A stretch of DNA of 64,000 nt from Alphaproteobacteria bacterium (lineage in GTDB: Bacteria > Pseudomonadota > Alphaproteobacteria > UBA828): assembly GCA_963667785.2 (NCBI GenBank), contig CAXXMU010000006.1, positions 1,088,001 to 1,152,000 on the forward strand, in the 5' to 3' direction. The notes under the pieces are model-generated. The model saw only the letters and a list, made by a program, of their open reading frames with translations, had not been told where the DNA came from and ran no database searches. How positions within the stretch are numbered: the first letter of the stretch is position 1; every line of letters begins with the position of its first letter. Below are positions 50,982 to 57,683 of the stretch, piece after piece. The position numbers were made by a program, and so were the translations under genes.

Positions 50982-51331
50982 GCCCGCTGGAGGGGGTGAA
51001 GACACTTCCATGGGGCTGGCGCACGATGTGGGTAATCGCGATGTTTGACCTGCCCACGGACACGCCGAAGGCCCGCAAGGCCTATGCGCGGTTTCGCAAG
51101 GATCTGCTCAACGACGGCTTCACGATGATGCAGTACTCGGTCTACATTCGGCACTGTGCATCGATCGAGAACGCCAGGGCTCACGCGGCCAGAATGGGGC
51201 GCCGCGTTCCGTCCGCGGGAGAGGTTCGATTCCTGACGATCACCGACAAACAGTTCGGCCGCATGGAGACCCACGTCGGGAAAACCCGAAGCGCGCCGCC
51301 GAGTCCGCCCGCCCAACTGGAGTTTTTCTGA
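50978..51331 (+). CDS. cas2: Cas2
   Basis: Motifs MWVIAMFDLPT, FRKDLLNDGFTMMQYSVY and ITDKQF. Start uncertain. Confidence 0.93.
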   Translation: MSPLEGVKTLPWGWRTMWVIAMFDLPTDTPKARKAYARFRKDLLNDGFTMMQYSVYIRHCASIENARAHAARMGRRVPSAGEVRFLTITDKQFGRMETHVGKTRSAPPSPPAQLEFF

Positions 51332-51380
51332 CCAGGGGGCGGACGAAAACGACGTACATTCAGTACCCTACGCCACGGCG

Positions 51381-52144
51381 ACTGTAGCAAATCGAGAAGC
51401 GGCCGCAATCCGCAGCGTCTGCGATATGTTTATGGCCTCGGCCAGAACTGTAGCAAATCGAGAAGCGGCCGCAATCCGCAGCGCCTCCACAGCAAGGACG
51501 GCCTCGTACTTCACTGTAGCAAATCGAGAAGCGGCCGCAATCCGCAGCTTGTCGGAGGCCTCGCCGAAGGGCCAGCCGACTGTAGCAAATCGAGAAGCGG
51601 CCGCAATCCGCAGCATGTGCGGTTGGTTGACATGGATTTTGCACACTGTAGCAAATCGAGAAGCGGCCGCAATCCGCAGCTGGTTCGGACGGCAAGGCAC
51701 TTGCGCCGCGACTGTAGCAAATCGAGAAGCGGCCGCAATCCGCAGCGCTGGCGTATGGGGAGAGGCATGAGCGATTACTGTAGCAAATCGAGAAGCGGCC
51801 GCAATCCGCAGCCGTGCACCTCGCACTCTACACCTTCCGTCGACTGTAGCAAATCGAGAAGCGGCCGCAATCCGCAGCGCGATGCTCTATCCAAACGTGA
51901 TAATGCGGACTGTAGCAAATCGAGAAGCGGCCGCAATCCGCAGCAAGGTGGCCGGAACGGTTATCGGGATATCGACTGTAGCAAATCGAGAAGCGGCCGC
52001 AATCCGCAGCCGCTGACGGTCAACCTTGCTCACCGTGTCCACTGTAGCAAATCGAGAAGCGGCCGCAATCCGCAGCGCCCTCAGCGCCAGCAGGGTGTCC
52101 GCCGAACTGTAGCAAATCGAGAAGCGGCGCGCAGTTAGCGCAGC
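51381..52144 (-). CRISPR. Type II-C CRISPR array: 11 perfect 36-bp repeats plus 1 degenerate repeat; 11 spacers (ten of 30 bp, one of 29 bp)
   Basis: ACTGTAGCAAATCGAGAAGCGGCCGCAATCCGCAGC at a 66-bp period from 51381 to 52041; degenerate copy at 52106. Orientation inferred from tracrRNA complementarity. Confidence 0.98.
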
Positions 52145-52351
52145 GCGCTGCGGCGCTCGGGCACGATCCTCTCGACTATCGAACGGTTCCTGAACCCATA
52201 TCTACAACTGAGAGCCGGGGGGGGGGGGGGCAGCGGCGCTCACTCCCCCCGGTCGAGATCGGTTACAGCCATCGGCCGCACCCATTCCCCCCTTGCCGCG
52301 CCGGTGCCGCGTGGATAGCCTATTGCCCCCTTGGCAACCAAGCAACGGCCC

Positions 52352-52540
52352 ATGCCCGATACCGACAAGGTGCTGTGCGTCCAGGTGTTTGGCCTGATCG
52401 AGATGGAGCCCGGCAAGCACGCCTTCGGCTTCGCCCGCACCTACGCGATGCCGCCCCAGGTCTCGCCGCTCGACGTCGACGAGGCGCTGCTGCGCCTGGG
52501 CGCGGTCAAGATCGAGAAGCTCCCGATCGAATGGGAATGA
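52352..52540 (+). CDS. Small hypothetical protein
   Basis: 62 aa, host-like codon use, directly upstream of a lipoprotein gene. Confidence 0.5.
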   Translation: MPDTDKVLCVQVFGLIEMEPGKHAFGFARTYAMPPQVSPLDVDEALLRLGAVKIEKLPIEWE

Positions 52541-52551
52541 GAGGACTCACC

Positions 52552-53517
52552 ATGAAGCGCACCGTCATCGCCCTTGCCGTTGCCGCTCTGCTGCCGCTCG
52601 CCGCGTGCGGGGGCGGCGGAGGGGGGGGGGCGCCGACCGGCCCCTCTCCCAGCGATATCCGGGAGCTCACCGGCCTGGCCGCGCCGGCCGAGAAAGCCGC
52701 CCAGCAGAACGCCCGCGCGGACGGCATCACCGACCGCACCACCTTCCTTCAGCTCTCCCCGCTCTACGGGAACTCGACCCACCCCGACCTCCCCGCATAC
52801 GACACGCAAACGAGGTCGTGCGGCTGGATCGAGGGCTACGGCCACTATTGCGAAGCTCTTGTTTCCGACGAAGTCGCCGACATCATTGCTCTCACTTCTC
52901 TGGAGGTACAGATTTCGGACATCGGCTTCCAGACGATCGAGGGTGGCCCCGGGTTCGAGATCACCAGGAACGACGCCGAGGCCGTCGGCACCAGCAACGG
53001 CATTACCCTGGTGAAGAGCGTCGTGGAGGCAAAGGTCGAGGAAGGCGTCACCGACGGCACCAGCTACGGCGCCTGGATGGAGCACAGCGCCTTCGGCGTG
53101 CTGACGATCGGCATTCCTGACGAGGGTATCTTCCTGTCCGGCCGCTACGCAATCGCCGGCGGGGCGCGCAACAACGACGCGCCGACGGTCGACGCGACCT
53201 GGCGCGGCGTCATGGTCGGGACTCCGACGACCGGCGCCCACCGCGGCGACCTGCTGCAGGGAGACGCGACCCTGCGCTACGACCAGGCCTCGCTCTCCGC
53301 CACCTTCACCAACATCAAGGACCTCGATCATCTGATCGCGCACTCGGTCGAGACGGTGCGCTTCGATAACATCCCCTTCTACGAGAACGGAACCTACTGG
53401 ACCGGCGAGGAGCACGACTTCATCTCGGGCGCCTTCTACGGCCCCGATCAGGTCGAGACCGCCGGCATCTTCGAGAAGTCCGGCATCGTCGGTGCCTTCG
53501 GTGCCAAGCGCCAGTGA
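52552..53517 (+). CDS. TbpB-barrel-type surface lipoprotein, copy 1
   Basis: Lipobox LAAC plus Gly linker; ATWRGVMVG; G.FYGP...GAFGAKRQ C-terminus. Confidence 0.85.
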   Translation: MKRTVIALAVAALLPLAACGGGGGGGAPTGPSPSDIRELTGLAAPAEKAAQQNARADGITDRTTFLQLSPLYGNSTHPDLPAYDTQTRSCGWIEGYGHYCEALVSDEVADIIALTSLEVQISDIGFQTIEGGPGFEITRNDAEAVGTSNGITLVKSVVEAKVEEGVTDGTSYGAWMEHSAFGVLTIGIPDEGIFLSGRYAIAGGARNNDAPTVDATWRGVMVGTPTTGAHRGDLLQGDATLRYDQASLSATFTNIKDLDHLIAHSVETVRFDNIPFYENGTYWTGEEHDFISGAFYGPDQVETAGIFEKSGIVGAFGAKRQ

Positions 53518-53526
53518 ACGTGACCA

Positions 53527-53686
53527 GCTTGCCCCCTGCCGGATACGGCACACCGGCAGGACAAGACGGGAGCTCTCCGCGCTTACATCCCTGGGCGCAA
53601 GGCCCATGGGGGCTCCCGCGTTCCTGGGGCCGCCCGCGCAAGCCACCAGTTGGCTCTCCTACCAGTGGCGGTGGGCGGCCCCTTTT
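53527..53686 (+). ncRNA. Putative structured RNA (3 stems, terminator-like last stem), copy 1
   Basis: Stems cctgccgg/ccggcagg, cgggagctc/gggctcccg and ggggccgcccgc/gtgggcggcccc followed by TTTT. Pairing is preserved in copy 2. Confidence 0.55.
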
Positions 53687-53689
53687 CCC

Positions 53690-53791
53690 ATGAATGACGT
53701 CGGGCGCTTCACCCTTCTCGTCATGGCGCTGGCCGGCATCGCCGCGGCGGTCGCGCTCGTGCTGCTCGCCGCAATAGGAGGATCGCCGTGA
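53690..53791 (+). CDS. 33-aa single-TM peptide
   Basis: MNDVGRFTLLVMALAGIAAAVALVLLAAIGGSP; its stop overlaps the GTG of the next gene; paralogue at 54937. Confidence 0.55.
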   Translation: MNDVGRFTLLVMALAGIAAAVALVLLAAIGGSP

Positions 53792-54756
53792 TCCGAGTCC
53801 TGACGATGGCTGCCCTTGCCGCTCTGCTGCCGCTCGCCGCGTGCGGCGGGGGAGGGGGAGGATCGGGGCCTGCGCCCGATCCCTCGAGCAGCGATATCCG
53901 GGAGCTCATCGGCATGGCCGCGCCGGCCGAGAAAGCCGCCCAGCAGAACGCCCGCGCGGACGGCATCACCGACCGCACCACCTTCCTTCAGCTCTCCCCG
54001 CTCTACGGGAACTCGACCCACCCCGACCTCCCCGCATACGACACGCAAACGAGGTCGTGCGGCTGGATCGAGGGCTACGGCCACTATTGCGAAGCTCTTG
54101 TTTCCGACGAAGTCGCCGACATCATTGCTCTCACTTCTCTGGAGGTACAGATTTCGGACATCGGCTTCCAGACGATCGAGGGTGGCCCCGGGTTCGAGAT
54201 CACCAGGAACGACGCCGAGGCCGTCGGCACCAGCAACGGCATCACCCTGGTGAAGAGCGTCGTGGAGGCAAAGGTCGAGGAAGGCGTCACCGACGGCACC
54301 AGCTACGGCGCCTGGATGGAGCACGGGGCCTTCGGCGTGCTGACGATCGGCATTCCTGACGAGGGTATCTTCCTGTCCGGCCGCTACGCAATCGCGGGCG
54401 GCGCACGAAACAACGACGCGCCGACGGTCGACGCGACCTGGCGCGGCGTCATGGTCGGCACCCCGGCGACCGGCGCCCACCGCGGCGACCTGCTGCAGGG
54501 CGACGCGACCCTGCGCTACGACCAGACCTCGCTCGACGCGACCTTCGCCAACATCAAGAACCTCGACAGGCTCGCGGCGCACTCGGTCGAGACGGTGCGC
54601 TTCGAGGACATCCCCTTCTACGAGAACGGAACCTACTGGACCGGCGTCGAGCACGACTTCATCTGGGGTGCCTTCTACGGCCCCGACCAGGCCGAGACCG
54701 CCGGCATCTTCGAGCAGTCGAACATCGTCGGCGCGTTCGGTGCCAAGCGCCAGTGA
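53788..54756 (+). CDS. TbpB-barrel-type surface lipoprotein, copy 2
   Basis: Near-identical to copy 1; AGGAGG Shine-Dalgarno; lipobox LAAC. Confidence 0.85.
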   Translation: MIRVLTMAALAALLPLAACGGGGGGSGPAPDPSSSDIRELIGMAAPAEKAAQQNARADGITDRTTFLQLSPLYGNSTHPDLPAYDTQTRSCGWIEGYGHYCEALVSDEVADIIALTSLEVQISDIGFQTIEGGPGFEITRNDAEAVGTSNGITLVKSVVEAKVEEGVTDGTSYGAWMEHGAFGVLTIGIPDEGIFLSGRYAIAGGARNNDAPTVDATWRGVMVGTPATGAHRGDLLQGDATLRYDQTSLDATFANIKNLDRLAAHSVETVRFEDIPFYENGTYWTGVEHDFIWGAFYGPDQAETAGIFEQSNIVGAFGAKRQ

Positions 54757-54765
54757 ACATGACCA

Positions 54766-54932
54766 GCTTGCCCCCTGCCGGACTCGGCACACGACATGCC
54801 GGCAGGACAAGACGGGAGCCCTCCGCGCTTACATCCCTGGGCGCAAGGCCCATGGGGGCTCCCGCGTTCCTGGGGCCGCCCGCGCAAGCCACCAGTTGGC
54901 TCTCCTACCAGTGGCGGCGGGCGGCCCCTTTT
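54766..54932 (+). ncRNA. Putative structured RNA, copy 2
   Basis: Same three stems; first loop longer; two G.U pairs replaced by G-C. Confidence 0.55.
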
Positions 54933-54936
54933 CCCC

Positions 54937-55035
54937 ATGACTAACCTGCAGCAGCGCTTCGTCCTGCTCGTGTTGGGCCTCGCCGGCATCGCCCTGACGC
55001 TCGCGATCGTGCTGCTGCTGCTGGTGGGAGAATGA
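54937..55035 (+). CDS. 32-aa single-TM peptide
   Basis: MTNLQQRFVLLVLGLAGIALTLAIVLLLLVGE; ATGA overlap with the next ORF. Confidence 0.55.
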   Translation: MTNLQQRFVLLVLGLAGIALTLAIVLLLLVGE

Positions 55036-55238
55036 TGGGAGTCAGCATGTGGTCGGCTCTCCCGGCAATCGTGATCGCAGCGATATGGATTGCGCTGGCC
55101 ATCGCGACGGCAGTGATCGCTGCAAAGAAAGGGCGCAGCGGTTTCCGATGGTTCTTCCTCGGGCTGCTGCTTCCCTTTGCAATCCCATTTGTGCTGGTCG
55201 CCACACTGCATGCTCGTGCCTGTGCCCATTGGCGATGA
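55032..55238 (+). CDS. Small two-TM membrane protein
   Basis: Pattern IAAKKGRSG..WFFLGLL. Confidence 0.6.
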   Translation: MMGVSMWSALPAIVIAAIWIALAIATAVIAAKKGRSGFRWFFLGLLLPFAIPFVLVATLHARACAHWR

Positions 55239-55261
55239 CGTACGCGAAAGGACGCAAGCCC

Positions 55262-55705
55262 ATGACCCGCCGCTTCGCAGACCTGAAGCCCGGCGCGCGC
55301 TTCGAGAGCGCCGGCAAGACCCTGAGCGAGTCCGAGATCCTCGACTTCGCCCTGCGCTACGACCCGCAGCCGCTGCACATGGACGTCCCGCGCGCGGCCG
55401 AGGGGCCCTATGGCGGGCTGATCGCGAGCGGCATCCACACCCTCGCGATCGCCATCCGCCTCATGATGCAGTCGGGCGCGTTCGACCTCGACGACCAGGT
55501 CGGCTCGCCCGGCATCGAGGAGCTGCGCTGGCTGCAGCCCGTGCGGCCCGGCGACACCCTCCACGTCGTCGGCACGGTGATCGAGGCCCGGCCGTCGAAG
55601 TCCATGCCCGAGTGCGGGATCGTCCGCTACAGCCTCGACGTGCTCAACCAGAAGGGCGAGGTCGTGACGACCCTGATCAGCACGGCCATCATGCGGCGCG
55701 ACTAG
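55262..55705 (+). CDS. MaoC-family dehydratase
   Basis: Motifs FALRYDPQPLH, GLIASG.HT and PVRPGDTL. Confidence 0.88.
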   Translation: MTRRFADLKPGARFESAGKTLSESEILDFALRYDPQPLHMDVPRAAEGPYGGLIASGIHTLAIAIRLMMQSGAFDLDDQVGSPGIEELRWLQPVRPGDTLHVVGTVIEARPSKSMPECGIVRYSLDVLNQKGEVVTTLISTAIMRRD

Positions 55706-55713
55706 GAGGGGGA

Positions 55714-56025
55714 ATGGCCCGGCCCCCGGTCCTGTCGCCCTTCCACAGCCGCACCCAGATGCGGGTGCTCCTCGCCATATTCGAGGAGGGCTCCGCCACC
55801 CATGCCGCGGTCAGCCTGGACGCAAGCCAGCCTCAGGTGTCCAGGGTCCTGGGCGAGGTCGAGGCGCAACTCGGCGTCAGGCTGTTCGAGCGCAGTCGCC
55901 AGGGAATGCGCGCGACGGTGGCGGGAATGCTCGTGGTCAGCCATGCCCGGAAGATCCTGCACGCAATGGACGACGCCGACCGCGAGCTCGACGAGTACCG
56001 CGCGAAACTCGGCGGCGGGAGATGA
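55714..56025 (+). CDS. Stand-alone LysR-type HTH domain protein
   Basis: GS...AA..L..SQPQVSR..LGVRLFERS; no effector-binding domain. Confidence 0.75.
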   Translation: MARPPVLSPFHSRTQMRVLLAIFEEGSATHAAVSLDASQPQVSRVLGEVEAQLGVRLFERSRQGMRATVAGMLVVSHARKILHAMDDADRELDEYRAKLGGGR

Positions 56026-56032
56026 GGGCGGC

Positions 56033-56287
56033 ATGCCGGGAGACGACTTCAGCAGCGAGAGCGGAGAGACGCACCGCATCGGCCTGACGCAGGTGATCCC
56101 CGCCGAGACCCAGGATGGCCGGAAGGTGGTGGTGCTCCGCCTCGGCCACGCGCCCGTCGAAGGGACGCCCAGGGACGCCACCAGGCAGTTCGAGGTCGTG
56201 CTCTTCGCCGACGAGGCGCTGGCCCTGGCGGACGCGCTGCGAGAGGCGGCCGTGGACCCTGCGGCCGCGCCGACGCGCCGCCGGTAG
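56033..56287 (+). CDS. Hypothetical protein
   Basis: GAGG Shine-Dalgarno, host-like codon use. Confidence 0.5.
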   Translation: MPGDDFSSESGETHRIGLTQVIPAETQDGRKVVVLRLGHAPVEGTPRDATRQFEVVLFADEALALADALREAAVDPAAAPTRRR

Positions 56288-56384
56288 CCGGGCCCATGCG
56301 GATGGCGCTCTACCCGGTCCCGCGGGCCTCTGCGTCGATCGCGCATGATTAAGCACGGCGATGAGGCGGCGAGAGGGGAGAAAA

Positions 56385-57305
56385 GTGTCCGACCAATTAC
56401 CCACTGAAACAAGCCTCAAGGCAAAGCTAGGCCTGACGGGACTGGATGCTCGCACGAACTCGCGTGCGATAGCTGCATTTGATCATTTGCTCGCTGATAT
56501 CATTGACGTTCCGCGATCACTCATTCGGGAATGGAAGGAACGCAGAGAGCAGAAGAGACCATTGGAAAATGCTATAGATACTGCCATTAGGCAAGAGCAA
56601 TTGCGGAGGTTGACGAATAGGGTGATTGTAGTCGAGAAGGCCGTGGAATGTCTTGAGGCAACGAAAAGCAATCAGGATGATGACCAGGATGCCCCAGAGG
56701 TTGATTCTGATTGGCTCAATTACATTGGCTCTTATTCGGAAAAGGCTAGCTCAGAGCATGTTCGGGATTTATGGGGCAGAGTGCTGGCAGGTGAAATCCG
56801 TCGTCCCGGCTCGTTTTCACTGAGCACTCTGCGCCTTTTGGCGGAACTAGATCAACAAATAGCTAGCTGGTTTGAAGAGGAAGTTGCGCTTCGTCATAAT
56901 GGAGATTGCATCATTCGATATGAAGGGAGTCTTGAGGGAGACCGACTTACTAGATTGCAATTTCTCGAAGAAGTGGGGCTTATTAGCAGTGCGCTGACGG
57001 TTGCGCCGATTAAGCGGCTTTTCGAATTGGATGACCGGGGATTTGCTGCAATTATGGAAGGAGAGTTGGCGTTGCGTGTATATGCGGATAATGATTTCCA
57101 ATTGGAGATCATACCTCTGACTCGCTCGGGCGAAGAAATATGCAAAATTCTCCCTCCAGTTAATGATGCAAGTGTTCTTTTGAACATAGCGGAGAAGTTG
57201 GACAAATTCGCGACGAAAATGTCAATACACAGGGTTACTATCAAGACAGAGCACGAATTTGCTCATCATAGTACTCCCATTATGGTCATCAAACCTCCGT
57301 CATAG
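56385..57305 (+). CDS. DUF2806-like protein, low GC
   Basis: Motif VDSDWL...WGRVLAGEIRRPGSFSLSTL; visibly AT-richer than the flanks. Confidence 0.75.
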   Translation: MSDQLPTETSLKAKLGLTGLDARTNSRAIAAFDHLLADIIDVPRSLIREWKERREQKRPLENAIDTAIRQEQLRRLTNRVIVVEKAVECLEATKSNQDDDQDAPEVDSDWLNYIGSYSEKASSEHVRDLWGRVLAGEIRRPGSFSLSTLRLLAELDQQIASWFEEEVALRHNGDCIIRYEGSLEGDRLTRLQFLEEVGLISSALTVAPIKRLFELDDRGFAAIMEGELALRVYADNDFQLEIIPLTRSGEEICKILPPVNDASVLLNIAEKLDKFATKMSIHRVTIKTEHEFAHHSTPIMVIKPPS

Positions 57306-57385
57306 ACAGGGAAACAGGCCCCTGTCCTTCGTCGGCTCTGACCCTCGGGCGTTCCCGAGCGCCAAGAGGCACCTCACCGCCAACC

Positions 57386-57626
57386 GTGACAATTCAGCAA
57401 CAACGCGCCCGGAAAACGCACCGGCCGGGCCGTTCCCGACTGTCTGGCGGCGAGCGGGGCGATAGCCTCCCCACAGTGCTCTGCCGAAACGGCAAGCAAC
57501 AATAGGAGGAGAGACGTTATGCGGAAGGTTCTTCTCGGCACGACCGCCTTGGTCGCGGCCGCCGCGTTCGCCGGGATCGGCGTCGCACAGGCCGACGACG
57601 AGGCGGCGGGGTGTTCCTTTTCCTGA
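57386..57626 (+). pseudogene. Duplicated porin promoter plus truncated porin (35 aa from ATG 57519)
   Basis: Direct repeat of 60367-60583; MRKVLLGTTALVAAAAFAGIGVAQADDE followed by an unrelated tail and stop. Confidence 0.85.
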
Positions 57627-57683
57627 AGCCCCGCGGTTCGGGCAGGTGGATTGGAGCTTCACCCGTGACCGCGGGTGCCGGCA

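Noticed and set aside
51417-52105. Self-targeting spacers against the local phage genes
   Set aside because: No match was seen by eye within the window. This is not exhaustive and needs BLASTn.
51360-52138. ORFs crossing the CRISPR array
   Set aside because: The 66-bp period keeps frames open; they are translations of repeats.
53280-54756. Diversity-generating retroelement TR/VR pair in the lipoprotein C-termini
   Set aside because: The differences are not adenine-specific, both copies are full genes, and no reverse transcriptase is present.
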